From: Gnetum montanum
Lineage: Eukaryota > Plantae > Gnetophyta
Length of the DNA stretch: 64,000 bases
Assembly: GCA_015680685.1 (NCBI GenBank)
Contig: MNCI01000900.1
Location: 509,677-573,676, forward strand
Direction of reading: 5' to 3'
The position numbers and the translations under genes were made by a program. Shown here in pieces: positions 13,210-27,900 of this stretch (the stretch's first letter is position 1; every line of letters begins with the position of its first letter). The notes below the pieces were generated by a model. That model ran no database searches and was not told the origin of the DNA. It worked only from the letters and a program-made list of their open reading frames with translations.

Positions 13210-16200
13210 CCCTAATTGTGTAAATGGTTCCTAACCTAATTTGGGTTAGGTGATGCATAAGGTCTAGATGACTTGAGGCAATACTCTTCTTGGCTATCAT
13301 CTACCATTGAAAAAGGAAATTCTACCCATAGAGCTTCCTCAGAGGAACTGTTCATTTTTCTTGATTGATCTGCCAAATAACATTAGCTTTTATTACAAAT
13401 ATGTGGTGCATCTTTAGAGATTTCTACCTCCAACCCTTGCTTAATTTTTACATTGTTGATAGCCTGAGGAGCTATGTCATCACCAAAGATCACCACTTCT
13501 TCACCCACATAGGGTAGGTGGATCTCTTGGTGGATTGGTGAAGAGAGCCCTTAATTGGGCTAACCAAGATCTTTCTAAGATTAAATTAAATTTAGGCATC
13601 TCTTCAACCATGATAAATTATGCATTAGTGAGGAATTGGTCCCCTAATCAATAGTAATTGTCCCCTTGACCACCACATGTGCCTCATTGAAGGACTTTAA
13701 ACAAGCAGTTTTCGTTGGCATGATTTGGTCCACCAGGCCAAGCTTGTCAACAGTAGGGAATGAGATAACATTGGTTGCTACCCCATCATCGACATGCACC
13801 TTGCAAATCTTATACTAATCCATGAAAATTGTTATGAACATGGGTGTAGTGGTTACTTAACCTTCTTTGATGTCAGCTTTAATGGCTTCATTGTGAAAAG
13901 TTAAGATTGTTGGCCATGATTCGTCAGTCGTAAGTGAAAGCATTATGGCATGGATGGCCTTTTCCTCTACTGGCATGTCTTACTTGATAGGAATGGATGC
14001 CAACATGTGAACCAAAGCCTCACGATGTGTAGAAGAAGTCATAATTAGGTTGTATAGGCTCAAAGTTGTATTCTTTTGTTTTAGAGCCTGCTTGACCTAT
14101 GCGAATGCATCTAGAAAATCTTGTTTGTCATACTGTTGCTTAGTGGTCTTTATTTCCTGCACATGCCCTAAGAGACAGATTTCTCGAGGATAAGGAGACT
14201 TTTCTTTTGGTTGAGCAATGGGTTTTTGAGCCTTAGTGGTTGGTTGTTGCATGTGCATGTATATGCTGGTGGCTTTGGGCGATAGGGCCATATGAACTGC
14301 TAACAAGGGGGTGGTCTTAGGGGGGCCTAGTTCAGTTCGTTCCCTAGCCATCTTGTCAGCCAAGCGCTCATCACATTTCCTCAAGAAGAAAATTTGCGAT
14401 GTAGTCCCCACAACTAGACTCGAGGCGAGTGGGGGGTTTGTACATTTTGACACCTTTATGACAAAAGGTGCTTGGGTTGTTGCCACAATGTGCTATGGGG
14501 CTCTAACCACCAAAGGTGTAACAAATATCTAAGGTGGTGCCTTGACAATGAAGGAGGCCTACAGCCTAGTTGACATCAAAGCTTCAACACCACTGGAAGG
14601 CACATACACCACAAATGGCTTATGTTTTTTCTTTACATTATCATCAACACTTATAGCATTAATGCTATATCTTGCACTACTAGAATTTAGTGGGTTCTTA
14701 TAAACATTCATAGATTGGTTCTTTGGCTGACATGACTACTTTCGTCAACGACCAACTTGCCTTGATTGATCATGCGCTAGATATCATCCTTTAGCACTAG
14801 ATAGTAATATATGTCATGGCCATGCAAATCATGGTAATTGTAGAATCGATCTAATCTAAAATTTCTTGGCACTGCAAGATCATTAGGCATAGCCACAGAG
14901 GGATCTCAAAGGATCTCGCAGTACCTCTCATGATGTTTACAGGCATCCTATAACATTTACTTATGTTGAATATGCCTAGCACTAAGTAGTTAATCCAAAA
15001 TTTCTGATGGCTTAATCAACAAAAGGATATATTTTGAGTGATCCTTGCACTCAAATTTTGGCCTTGGTAGAGCTTGCCTCATGGCCATTGGTGATGTGGG
15101 TTGATTGGTTCCTCCATTACTAGAGCTTGACATTTTGTTTGTAGTGGTTAGGGCCTTAGGTGTCTTAGGTAGCTGTTTGTTGTTGTTGAGCTTGGCTTCA
15201 TCAGCCATAGGCACCACTATGGTTCTCATGGCTTTCCTCTTTTCCTTATCTCCTTTTGCATGTGCACTCTTATAGCCTATGTAAGCTAGGTCCTTGCTAG
15301 CCTCTACTGCATCCTGTATGCTCTTTGTTTGAGCAAAGGCTTGGCTAAGGGAGTGTAGGGATAAATAATATATTTTGAATTTAGTGAAATCATTTACAAC
15401 ATCCTTAAAAATGGCTAGCAAGTGGATTTCAACAATGGACTCATGAATCTCCTTTAGGTAGCACTCCAACATTGTATGAATTTCTACATAGGTTCTAGTG
15501 CTTCTTGTTTAACATTTATGAGCTAGTCCAGCATGGCTTCTAGCTTCAAGTTGTACTTGAAGTGGGTTACAAATTGGGTTAGCAACTCCTCTAGAGTTTA
15601 AATATAAGCACAAGGAAGTGTGTGACACAAATCTAAGGCTTTGCTAGTCAGAGACATGGTGAAGACACAAATGATAATGTGTTGCCATAGTTGCAACAAC
15701 AAAGACTCAGAACGAAAAGTGACTAGGTGGGCATTTGGATCACCTTCTCCATTGTATTTTGTAAATTAGGGAAGCTGGATTCCAAAAGGCAACATGAGCA
15801 AAGGAACAACATGGTTAATAGGATTATCCTAATAGAAGTCCATTACATGGACTATTTCAGAGTTGGTGGCTTTAAGCCGCTTGACCTCCTTAATGAGGGT
15901 TTGGATAAGCTAGAACACTTGATCTACACTCAGGGATGTTGTAGAGGGTTTCATTAGTTGAATTGTTAGTGGTGCCATCAGAGCAGCTACCATCAGTGGT
16001 GCTGCTAGTGCAACTACTAGCCTTGCTCCCATTGGTGGTGCCATCAGAGCAACTACCAACTCTGTTGGTGGTGCTATCAAAGTAGCCCACATCCATGTAC
16101 TTAGTTGTGCCATATGCTCCACTTGATACATTTGCAGCTGCATATATGGCAACATCTAGGACAACTGAATAGTAGGGAAGGATGTTGCTACCCACCATGT

Positions 16201-16970
16201 GGTTGAGGTTGGAGCTATTGTTGGTGGTGGGACTAACATAGAAGGGATGATGGGAATATGGCTTGTTTGTGGCTCTGATGTGAGCATAGCCTACATGTAT
16301 GGTAGCATGGGAATCATAGACATTGGCTACAAAAATTGAACAGATTGCAAGGGAATAATAAAGGAAATGAAGGTAGAAGGTCCTAAATTTTGTTGCATTA
16401 GCAGCATTTGGTGGCTACCTACCACTAGCGAAGATTTTGGCTATGAAAGTGTCATAGCCATTACAAAGGAGGCAAAAGACTAACTAGTGTAATTGGAACA
16501 TAGAGGTAGATGGTGGGGCTGAGGCATAAAGTAGGCCACCACCATTAGAATGGGATTCAAACTCCTACTACCCATCTTTGAGGGGATCATCATAGTGGGA
16601 TGCCACATCTTGCTCTCTTCGCCCACTCATCCAGATATATTGGTCCAAGATCCATTGAAAAGTTTTAGTGAGTGATATAACCACGTCAGGGGTGGGGAGT
16701 AACTCCCACCCATTTTGGTGGATAATTTTGAAACTATAAATTTCTTCCATTTCTTGGTAGTCCAATGGTAGGCCCACTTGCATTTTTTGGACAAAAAAAG
16801 TTGTATCATTCTTCATCAGGTGCCATGTGTTCAAGCAATTGGTATCGCTATCTAAGAGATTTCTAATGTGGTCACACCAGGCTAGGCAGTCGCTTAACAT
16901 CAACTACATGTTAAATAGGGTGGGCCACCTCTAGTCTTAGGGTAGCAGCCGAGGTGTTAACAGGGTTCAT
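13210..16970 (-). pseudogene. gag: Copy A gag-protease, disrupted
   Basis: ATG at 16970, gag core (LP.LQNTMEKVIQ region homologous to copy B YNGEGDP), Zn-knuckle region, protease KVHVDDGVATNV at ~13770-13800. Colinear with 20793-24484. Confidence 0.85.
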
Positions 16971-17427
16971 TTTCACTATGTCAGAAAAGATGTGAGAAGA
17001 AGAGAAACTTGCAAGGAATGTTCAAATGCAGTAAATTTTAAGCTAAAATGGTTAAATACTCAAAATGTAAAGAAAATAGACTAAAAATGGCTAAGCCTAA
17101 AAATGTTGAAAAAATGGTTATATGTGCTATTACGTTCGTCATGCTCTATGAAACTATCATGCTAACAGGGTTTTCACACTCTCTAGAACACTTAGAGCTT
17201 GACATAATGGATAGTTTTGGGCTTTTTTTCCTACAAGGTTCTAGGGGAATCATCAATTGGGACCAATTTGCACCAACCAAAATATAGACAACTCTTGTGC
17301 TAGCCTATGATCTAGCTACTACCATAGTAGGTCCATAGGGGTGTTACATCTATGCTAGTCTACTACTAGTGATGGGGGTACAAAAAGCATGTGGGACTAC
17401 CCGTGGCACATAGAAGGAATAGGGAGA

Positions 17428-17444
17428 CCCTTCTTCTAGTGCCA
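17428..17444 (-). promoter_or_regulatory. Primer binding site (tRNA-Asn) of copy A
   Basis: TGGCACTAGAAGAAGGG, a decayed version of TGGCGCTAGAAGGAGGG, which is complementary to the plant tRNA-Asn 3' end. Lies next to the LTR end. Confidence 0.8.
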
Positions 17445-17987
17445 AAAAAATCGTGACATCTAAAAACGTTGATGGCTAGAACATCAAGAGGTCATTGAGT
17501 GTACAACCTAACCCCAATTCTATGGGAGGGTCATTGTAGAGAAAATGAAAATGGGATGCCCTAAACAGTCTGCTCTATCAGCAGGGACTTACGTGGTGTA
17601 ATAACAACCATTTGAAAAATCTCAAAAATAGTATCATGAACAAGAAAACATGCATATTAGCAGTAGAAGACATAGGAAATTATGCTTAAATTTGAAACAA
17701 AATACTGAAGAAAAATGAAATGAGAGTTTAAGTGAACAAATGCACAACCCCAGAATTGGGGAACGTAGATGTTAATTAAATAGTGTATAGAACTTGTACA
17801 CAATGTTAGACCGACATAGCAAGGTAGCATGGTAGTATGGTCAGAGTCTTTGGGATGTGAAGGATGTAGTGCTAGTAGCTGCAAAAGGGGCTGGACCTGT
17901 CGAGCTTATAGTTATCACACTGTGCAAGTGCTGGGTCATGGTGCTCAAGTGTGGGAGTGATGAAGATGCTAAGAGCACTCTAATGCC

Positions 17988-18558
17988 TGATGCTTAGGAT
18001 GATTTCACCAATAATCTAGAGGTAGATGGTCATGCTCTTGATCTTCGAGTTAATCATGTGCCTAGTAGAGATCTTCCAAATGAACATCATAGGAACTAGA
18101 AGGAGACAAATTGAAGATGAATAACATGGAAGATGGAATAGATGCAAATGATGTGCTATAGATGGTCATCCCCTTGCACTTCTTGGTGATATGGCTTGTA
18201 TTATAACATAGTCATGATCTATATTATATATTTATGATTTCTCCATATTTTCCTTATCATGTTTCTAGTCCTTGTTTTTTTTTTCTTGGGTTTTAAAACT
18301 ATGGGACTAGCTTTACTTAGTCGTGAGAGAATGATGAGGTATCCAATTACATTTTGTACATCTATTGGAAGCCCTAGATTTAAGAATTATTTCATGTACC
18401 CTACATGTATAGTCTAACATATTAGGTTGAGGTTCTTGATCTCATAAGATGCATCCTAGCCCCCTATGGCATACTTCAAGATTGTGTGCATGATTTCAAG
18501 TTCTTTATGATGATTTTGGCTTCATTCATATGTCCTTTGGTCTTTTCAACATGATCCC
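17988..18558. mobile_element. Fragment of an unidentified repeat into which copy B inserted (continues at 37624-37989, ending ...TTAATCA)
   Basis: The flanks of copy B share the ATCCC TSD. The right part has a TATA-like CTATAAATA and ends in CA where it interrupts the first LTR of the tandem array. Confidence 0.35.
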
Positions 18559-20308
18559 TGAAACACCATCAATTTTAAGCTTTAGCACTTTAACTACAAA
18601 TTTGTCTAAGTGTCAAAACTTGGCAAATTCTTCTAAGTGTTGGTGATATGCTCCCCAATGTAGCTAGCATACCATGCATCATAGGGCCTATTTTGCAGTA
18701 TTTTCTAAGTGTCAACAGTAGTTGCATTAAGATTTTTTCTAAGTGTTGTGCTATGCTCTCACTCTGCCTACTACGCTCTAGAGCGTAGCTAGTGTAGCAC
18801 ACATTTCTATGGCTAGTTTCCTTAAGTGCCAAGCCAGAAATTATCAGGATGGCTTGGGATGGAAAAACTACTTTGGAAAATTTTCTAACTCCTAGGGTTG
18901 CTACACTCTAGAGCATACATAGCATAGCACATATTTCAATGGATAGTTTGACTGTGTTAAGTCAGTAGTTGTCAAGATAACTCGAAATGAAGGAACAGTT
19001 TGACAGATTTTCTAATTTTTGAGGCTACCCCTCCTGCTACGTCCCAAAGCATAGCCAACATAGCATAAAGAAAAACTATAGATTCTATCAAATTTTTTCC
19101 AAGTATCCCTATTACAAACTACTATGTTTTAGAGTGTACTTAGCATAGCCAGTGTTGGACATCCAATTTTGTTAAATTTGACCAAGTGTTGTGCTACCAT
19201 AGCGTAGCTAGCATAGCATTGTAAAGAAGCCTCTACCAGCCTCCAGAGCCCAGCATCAACCTTCATCTCAACTATGACATTCCTTTGGTAAGCAATATTA
19301 GTAGTTTGTATCTCTTCTGCACCCCCTATCAATCCCTTGAATTATACCTATACTGGATCCTACTCGAAAGAGGGGAAGACATAGTCTCAAAGTGTAGCCT
19401 CCAAGTTTCACTATTTTTTACACTATTTGTAAGTACATTTCAGTCATTCAAACTTTGGCACATGCAATCTTGGCAACGTAGTCACAATTCAACAATCTCT
19501 AGGGATCCATTGCAGTACACTAGAGCATAGCACTTACTACTCTCATGTAAGCATAGCTAGGTCTAGTGTAGCCCCACCTACCCTCATTCCACATGGCACT
19601 CGATCTACATTTCATGCTAACCCTAACCCTATAAATGCCCCTGTGCTCAACATTTTGGCACTCTTAGCATCCTTTAACACTCTTGCACCCAAGCACACTT
19701 AGTACTTTGGCACACTCCAGGACCCTATCAAACCACTAGTGCATGCTGTCTAGCACACAGTTCATCACTTTGCCCATGGAACACCACAGTAGCCAACCTG
19801 GTAGGTTCAGTCCTCATACCAACTATCAGTTCCATAGCCTGGATGCCCTAGAGACTATGACTACACTGCTATGCTACCACTATGCCTACCTATATACCAT
19901 GTACCACTCTCACCTCTTTTCCTATAATTTCTATACTTTTCTCCGTATGGGATGGTGCACTTTCATTCTTAAGCTTCACTACATTTTCAAGAATTTTTTC
20001 TTTGGCATTTACCATATCATCTACATTTTCTTGCTATTTTGTATGCATTTCAATGTTCTCATTGCCATTCTTGGGCCGAGACAATGTGCTTTGTTCTAGC
20101 TTGGCTAGCCCTAGTGCCCACCGATAACACTATATAAGCCCCTTCCACATGCATTCGTCGTAACACCTTGTAAGTTCCTATTTGATCAACAAGACCATTT
20201 AGGGCATCCCATCTCTATTTCTAGCACAGCCCTCCCATGAACTCAGGGTTAGGTTGTACACCTGCTAACCTCTTGATGTTCTAGCCACTGACAGTTTTGG
20301 TCATCACA
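18559..20308 (+). repeat. 5' LTR of copy B
   Basis: Direct repeat of ~35734-37618 (roughly 85% identical by eye). Starts TGAAAC, ends CATCACA, TATA-like CTATAAAT at ~19629, followed by the PBS. Confidence 0.9.
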
Positions 20309-20313
20309 ATTTT

Positions 20314-20329
20314 TGGTGCTAGAAGGAGG
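20314..20329 (+). promoter_or_regulatory. Primer binding site (tRNA-Asn) of copy B
   Basis: TGGTGCTAGAAGGAGG, 5 nt after the LTR end; one CpG transition from the tRNA-Asn complement. Confidence 0.85.
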
Positions 20330-20792
20330 ATGCCCCATTCCTTCTACATTCAGTGGTAGTCCCACATGCTTTCTATACCTCTATTACTAGATTCAAGCTA
20401 GTGTAGATGTAACACCCCTGTGGACTTTCCAGGATAGTAGCTAGATCCTAGGCCAGCACAAGAGTTATCTACAAGTTGGTTGGTGTAGATTGATTCTAGT
20501 TTTTGATTCCCCTAGAACCCCGCTAGACGAAAGCCTAAGCGTATTCATTACATCCAAAACTATGGATGCTCTAGAGAGCATAACAAGTTCTCAAAGCATA
20601 GTAGCCTCTAGTGTAGTGAGCGTAACACTAGATTTTGTAATTTTTTAATAACATCTCTAAAGTTAGCCATTTTTGACCTATTTTCATAGTTTTTCAACAC
20701 TTCTTTACTTAGCCATTTTTCCAGCATTCTCTACACTTGTCCATTTTCCACTTAGCACTATCATTTCTTGCATTTTTACATATCATAGTAGC

Positions 20793-23700
20793 ATGAATCC
20801 CACACAACCTCCAACCTCTTCTCTAAGCACGGAGGTTACCTACCCTATGCAACAAGTAGTAGAGATTTATCCCCCCACCTAGTCTCGTACTAGCACAACA
20901 GTAGTCACTCAAACTATGCAATCAACCACCTAAGCACATGGCACTTAATGATGAAAAATATAACTTTTTCTATGCAAAAATTTAGGCAAGTCTATCACTA
21001 GACCACTAAGAACTAGATGCTAATTGAAGCTTTGAGATTATACATCAAAATAGGAAGGAATTCCTCCCTACAACTGATGCTTTCATTCCACTTATTAACA
21101 ACTTTTCGTGGTTACTAGATCAACTCATTAGAATGAGTGGGCCTAATGAGCATGATGTGACAAAAAACTATGATGAGCCCTTATAGGATAGGAAAGATGA
21201 ATTTGAGGCTTGTTCGAAGAGTGCAAATCCTTTTTACATCTCTATCCAGCAACTTGTTTCTAGTTTCATCCTACATCAGTCCTAGTCATCTACCTCCTTT
21301 GAGGTAGCGACATCACTCTCACCTCCCATGTCCATGCCTATGGTGACAAGCCACCAAGTACTGCAAGTACACTAGGGTGCGAGACCATCTACCACCTTCC
21401 CTTTGTCATCTTGGCCTAGTTTGCATGGTCTTCCATGCCAACATCCATGATGCCAATGTAACCATACATGCACACGGTGCCCTTCTCTCAGCCACACACG
21501 AGCCAAGTGTCCTTCATCCCATCCATCTTTTTGGCACCTCCCACAACAACCCAAGCCACAACTACATGGTGGACCCTAGCCTGTATGCCTATGGTACAAT
21601 GGCCACACATGCAACAAGTGTCCCATATAGTCACACAGCCCATAATAGGGATGTGGGCTACTCAAACGGTGCAACAAGAAATGCAACTAATGCAACCTAC
21701 TACATTTGTCCCAATTTTGGACTAAGCATTCTAGCTCATCTAAATGTTAACTGAAGAAGTTAGATGACTTAAAGCTACTAACTTTGAAGTGGTCCATGTG
21801 ATGAACTTTTCCCAAGATGACCCCATCAATCCTATAGTCCTATCACTAATCCTACCTCCCAAGGTCCAACTTCCCTAGCTCACCAAATATAATGGTGAGG
21901 GGGATCCCAATGCCCACCTCATAACTTTCTTCTTTGAATGCTTTCTCCTACAAGCATGGCCACATGCAATCATCCATGTCTTTGGCATGTCCTTAACTAG
22001 TAAGGCACTTGACTGGTACTGTGTGCTTCCCAAGGCTTCCATATCTACCTTGGAAGAATTACTTAGTCAATTTCTAACTCACTTCAAGTACAACTTAAAG
22101 CCTGAAGCCACCTTGGATCAACTAATGAACATCAAGTAGGGCCCTCTAGAGCCCATGCAAAAGTTCATTCAATGTTAGAGCACTACACTCAATAAAATTT
22201 GCAAGCCAATAGTAGAGATTAACCTTCTGGCCATCTTTAAAGGTATAGTAAATGACTTCATTAAGTCAAAGCTATACTATTTGGCCCCAGGCTCTCTGAG
22301 CCAAGCCTTTGCTCAAACAAAGAGTATCTAGGATGTGGTGTAGGCTAGTAAGGACCTAACCTATGTGGCCTACAAAAATGCACACATGAAGAAGGACAAG
22401 AAAAAGGGCAAGGCAACTGTAACCATTACAGTGGTGGCCAATGAGGCTAAGTCCAACAATGCTAAACCAACAGCCAAGGTGCCTAAGGCCTAAGCCAACA
22501 ATAATAAAGCATCCAACTCTAGCACTATGGGAACCAACCAGTTTGTACCATTGACAACTATGGGGAAAAGTTTCCTTGAGGCCAAACTTTGAGCACAAGG
22601 ATCACTCAAAGTATACCCTAATACCCATTAAGCTATCCAATCTTTTGGACTAGCTACTTTTTGCTAGGTGCATCTAGCATAAGTAGATGTTTGAGGACAC
22701 TCACAGGTGCCATGAGTGATACTACAAAATCCTCAAAGACCCCTCAGTCACCACACTAGATGAGCCCCCAATCCCTAAAAAATTTAGGTTGGACTAGTTT
22801 TGCAACTATCGCCAATTGCACAACCATGATACAAATTATTTCTTAGCCTTAAAGGACAACATTTAGCACATGATCGATTAGGGAAAGTTGGTCCTTGATG
22901 ATAACAATCCCATGCACCTAGAAAACTAGCCAATGAAAGTCTATAAGAACCCTCTTAACACTAGCGGTGCAAGCTACATTATTAATGTCATCCATGTTGA
23001 TGACGATGTAGAATCAGCACATGAACAATTTGTAATTCATGTGCCATTTTGGCATCAACTAGTCTGCAATCCCCTTTTTTCATCAAAGTACAACCTCAGG
23101 CATCCACAACATCCTTTATGGTTAGGGCCCTACAATACATCACAGTGATAGCAACCTAGATACTCTTTGTCATCAAGGTGCCATGATGTGTGGACCCCCC
23201 CCCCCCCCCCCCCCCCCCCANGTGATGGGAACTATGTCATACCCTACCCATCTAAAGCTGCATCTTGCACATAATGATAGATAGTCTAAGCTACAACCTA
23301 GTAAGCTTGACGAATGCTTTGCCAACAAGAGGATTAGAAAACATATGGAGTTAGGTCCTCCTAAGCCCATCCCCTTGTCCACCATCCCCATGGCCTCATC
23401 ATCTTAGGATGCCAATGCAAGTGTAAGCAACCAAAAATTGAGTACTAAGGCTTGGAAGCCAGCCACATAGGAAAATTCTAAATCTCCTCCTTGGGAGATT
23501 CGTCTATTGGGCTGCATGGAGGAAGTAAGAGCTAGGAAAACAGTAGACAACAAAAAAGACTCCATAGACACACTGGCATAATTCAAATAGTCTCTCAAAC
23601 AAAATAACATAACTCTAAGCTTGTATGACTTGTTGATGACCTCTGCTACTCACCGTGAAGCATTAGTCTACATGTTGACCTCTATTCCTATCAAGGAAGA

Positions 23701-24484
23701 CATTCCAACAAATGAAGAAGCCATTCATCTTGTGATGCTTTCCCCTATAGCTCAAGAATTAGGTCCAACACACCTAATGTTTCATGATGAGGTGGTTAAG
23801 GTTGATTCTAAAAAGGGCCAAGTTACCAGTGTGCCAATGTTCATAACCATTCATGTAGGGTAGTGTAGAATTCGCAGGGTGCACATCGACAATGGGGTAG
23901 TGACTAACATCATCCCATTCCTAGTCATTGACAAACTTGGTCTTGTTAACTAGATCAATCCAACCAAGATGATGTGCCTAAAATCCTTCAATGGGTCATG
24001 TGTTTTCACAAAGGGAATAGTCACGATAGCTTTCATAGCAAGGAAGAAATTCCCCACTACTGCTAAGTTCATTGTTGTTGAAGAGATGCCCAGGTTCAAC
24101 TTGATTCTAGAGAGGTTCTAGCTAGCCCAGTTACAGGCCATCTCTTTACCCATCCATCAAGAGATCCACCTTCCCTATGAAGGTGTAGAATTAGTCATGT
24201 ATGGTGACAATGCATCTCCTCTAAGCATCAACAATGTTGATGTAGAGTAAGGGTTAGAAGTAGAATTCTCTGATGACACACCACCCATTTGGGATGAAAG
24301 ATAACTTTGTTTAGCTGACCCATCTAAGCAACCAAACAAAGTGAGAAACCTACCTAAGGAAGCTCTCTAGGTAGAATTTCCCTTTAGCACAACTGATGAA
24401 GGCCTAGGCAAGTATCACCTTGTGCCTCCCAAGGCCTATGCACCTCTTAACCCACATCAAGTTAGGAAACAATTACATGACTAA
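20793..24484 (+). pseudogene. gag: Copy B gag-protease, disrupted
   Basis: LTKYNGEGDPNAHL...FGMSLTSKALDWY...LEELLSQFLTHF (gag), FCNYRQLHNHDT (Zn knuckle), RVHIDNGVVTNII (aspartic protease). Ends in TAA at 24482-24484. Confidence 0.9.
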
Positions 24485-24639
24485 GGTATATCCTTAGTTC
24501 ATGCACATGTCTCATTCACCTCTTACTTATGCTTGTATAGTTACATTTACATAATTTCTTGCATCTTGCATTAGTTATTTCATTTCTTTAGTTTATGTAG
24601 TCCCATTTAGCCCTTTCATGCATTAGAAAAAAGAACAAT

Positions 24640-24785
24640 GAAATGGCCTACTAAGGCCTAAAACTAGCAAACACGACCCATCATGGCCTAAAAATGGTAG
24701 CCTTTCTTGCATTTTCATGGCCTGAAATGGCCTTAAATTAGCAATGGCCCTTCTACCATGGCCTTAAACTGGCATGGGGCCTACA
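24640..24785 (+). repeat. ATGGCCTTAAACT(A/G)GC-type repeat array downstream of gag-PR (copy B)
   Basis: Several degenerate atggcc(t)taaa(c/t)t(a/g)gc units. Confidence 0.7.
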
Positions 24786-24979
24786 AGGGGCCCAATCACA
24801 CCAATCAACCACAAGTTAGAATTCCCACAACATTACACAAACTACAACAAAGTGATATATAAATCATCATTAAGTTTTCATTAAATCATCAATGAAATAT
24901 ATAGCTCAAGTGTACATCAAAAAATTGTCAAAAATAAAAAAATTCCCAACAGTAGGGCTACATCTTGGGCCACTTAGCC

Positions 24980-27900
24980 AATGGTGTTTGGTGGGGGCTA
25001 AGGTTCCTCTTCCTCTTCCTTTGCTACTCTGCTGAGGCTTGCACCATTGTCCAAAACCTATTTTAAGCAAAAAAAAATAATAAATTAGCTTTAAAATAAG
25101 TGACATGTAAAATTATCATAAAATAAATAAAAGAAATTTAAACCAGATCAACCTGAGAGGGGCCTACATCCATATCCAGAGGCATTCTATTAAGGCCTGA
25201 ATCCAAGCATTGGAGGATCTCTATGTCTGATAGCTATGTCCAATCCTCCTTGTTGAAGTTAATGCCCATGAGGATCTTGCCTTTTTTTCATAGCTATCCA
25301 TGTGGGTAACCTTGGCAAAAACATGGTAGAGGAAAACTCTCTCAAAGGCATAGTAATGTATCTCTTAGGGATCCCACTCACCACTACATTGCTAGCAAAT
25401 AATTCATAGGCCCGTGTTGCACCAGTTGCATTAAGGAACATGTCATGATAACGATGCTCCACAGACTCATCCTTGTACCTTTTAATGTATACCCCTTATT
25501 TCTATTTGTAGTGGTGTTTATGATATTTCTAAGTTTGACCCCATTGGTACACCTTAGCATTGTAGCCCTTCTAGTCTTGGTTTTTCCTAGCTAGCAGGTC
25601 CATCTATAGTCATTGCTTAATCACCTCTCAGGTTGCTTCATTTTTACCATGAATGGCTAACTAGTACCTGGTGTTTTCAATCTTATATTTTCACTAGGTA
25701 TCATTCCTTCGATCACAAGCCACTAGGAAATCATAGTGAGCTTGCAAGTTCTCCAATTCTTCTTGGCTCACTCCCTTATCTTGGAGCTTGTGCACCTGCT
25801 TCCACAGATGCTCATTAGTGTGCCTACATTCCCCTAATGCTCTCGGACATGAGAGCATGAACTTTCTTGCCTCATCATACACACAATGGGGCACTTACTC
25901 TACTTCAAGGGGAAACTTAGGGATAGCATCAACTTTGGTCACCCTTCTTGGATCCCATTGAAGCTTGGAACCTATTCACATATGATAGGCAAAACAACAT
26001 TAGCCATAGACTAAGCAATAAATCGGTAAGGCAAAGTAGGCAAACATAGAAATACTAGTCTCAAGATCCATTTATTTTATGTAGTCCACCATGTCTTTAA
26101 CTAGGCCTTTCATGAAGATAAATTTATCAAGCACTTCCATCCACAGTTGCATGTAAAAGGTGGAGGTTTGGTAGAAACACCTACAGCTATAATACAACAC
26201 ATTTAGCTATTATCAAATAGCCAAAGATGCAAGAGCTAAAAAGAGGAATAAAAGATGGTGGTGCAAAGCTCCTACCCAATAGTCCTCAGATGTAAGAGTG
26301 GGGGATCACCCATCTACACACTATCAAAGAAATTATTAAACTCACCCCCATCTAGCTGTAGCAACCCTTCCTCCTCTAATTACCGTAGGACCTCTACAAC
26401 CTCTTGATTCTCTTCCTCTAGTGCCTATCCCTCAATTTGAGAAGGGACATCATTTGATATAGGCTCTTCTATTGTTGTGTAAGCCCTCTTACCTACATCT
26501 AATGATTCACATAGGTTAGGATTAGCATTTCCATTGATTAGTATAGTAATTCCGCATAGCATAGTATAGTGGTAGCCAATGACTTGTACTCACCTACAAT
26601 TCCTAAACACAAATCATGAAACCTTAAGCAGATCTTATTGCTACTCTTCTCTATGTCTTGTATAGGCTCCTTCATGGGACATGGCTTTTTAATTTTTTTC
26701 TTAGATGATCCCACTACCTCGGCAATGAGGCACATCCCTCTAGCCATGTTCCCATTGTTAGCCAATGGGACCTCACCTACACTATCACGCGAGTGGTGAG
26801 ATCATCCCAAGTGGCCTCTAGTAATTACAAAAAATAACTCATCAATCACCTTTGGGGGATCTTCCAACTACATGGTAGTAAACAAGTGCTAGATCTATGG
26901 CCTAGAGAGCTACTTGCGATCCTACGCCATCCATCACCCATCCTCCCAGACCACCAAGAACTCTGCAAACCTTTGCAAGCATCCTATGAAGAATGCGAAG
27001 TGTACATGTGACCTCACCTAGAAGTTGTGGCACAACCTAATGATTTTGATGTGCAAGCTACTAGCAAGGTAGGAAGCCTAGTTGTACCATGTGCCTTCCT
27101 CTAACACATCCCTTATCAACCAATCCTGCTCCATCCTAAGAATTTTCCCTTAGAAGAATAGCTTTGGGAATGCATAGACATGAAAGAGGGGTAGAGTTGG
27201 TGGACCACAGGTAATCTCACTTCCTTGATGAGTATGTCTTCATGGAACTTAGAAGTGCCTAGCCACTCCTCAACATCCTCTCTATGATCCACCTCTTTGT
27301 CAAGTTTCTTAGCAACCGATGGGCCCTCAAAGGAAAGGTTGAAGAGGTTCGCAAAGAAATTGTCTATGAGGTTAAAAATCACCCGCACACCACAAGCCTA
27401 CATAATAAAATGATCAATGCTCTCACTAAAAGATTCAATGATTGTGACCATTTTGGCCACCAGGATGCCCAAGCTAAGGGCCAAGAAAAGTTCCATTAGC
27501 CTAGCCCATTGAAGCTTGCTAGTCAACTTCGTTGAGGCCTCACAGCATAACCAACATTTCGTACCCTCAACATCACCATACTTCATGATGAAGGTGGCCT
27601 CAATGTGGCCTGTCACAACCACTATGACCTCTCCTAAAGTGATCATAGTTTCAATAGGCAAAATAAAAATTAGCATCTTGAGAATAGAAAACTAGAAAAC
27701 ACATAACAAATGAACTACTTATGTAGCACAAATGATATGCGAGATGGTGGTGGGGGGGTTGAAAGCTCTTCCATGTTGGGTACACCAGTCATCCATTCAA
27801 CATCTAACTAGCCATAGGTCTGACACCTCTCATAGGCCTTAGGTTACCAATGAGGATATTTTGCTAACTCAGATCTAATCTATCCAATCACCATTGCATG

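Larger units (their letters stand above)
1..17985 (-). mobile_element. Ty3/Gypsy Tat-lineage LTR retrotransposon, copy A (degenerate; 3' LTR outside window, 5' LTR truncated)
   Basis: Minus-strand order: partial LTR (17452-~17985), PBS TGGCACTAGAAGAAGGG, gag-PR, antisense spliced gene, RT-RH-aRH-INT, repeat array, 3' UTR. Colinear with copy B; bases 1-200 match the reverse complement of ~35200-35370. Confidence 0.9.
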
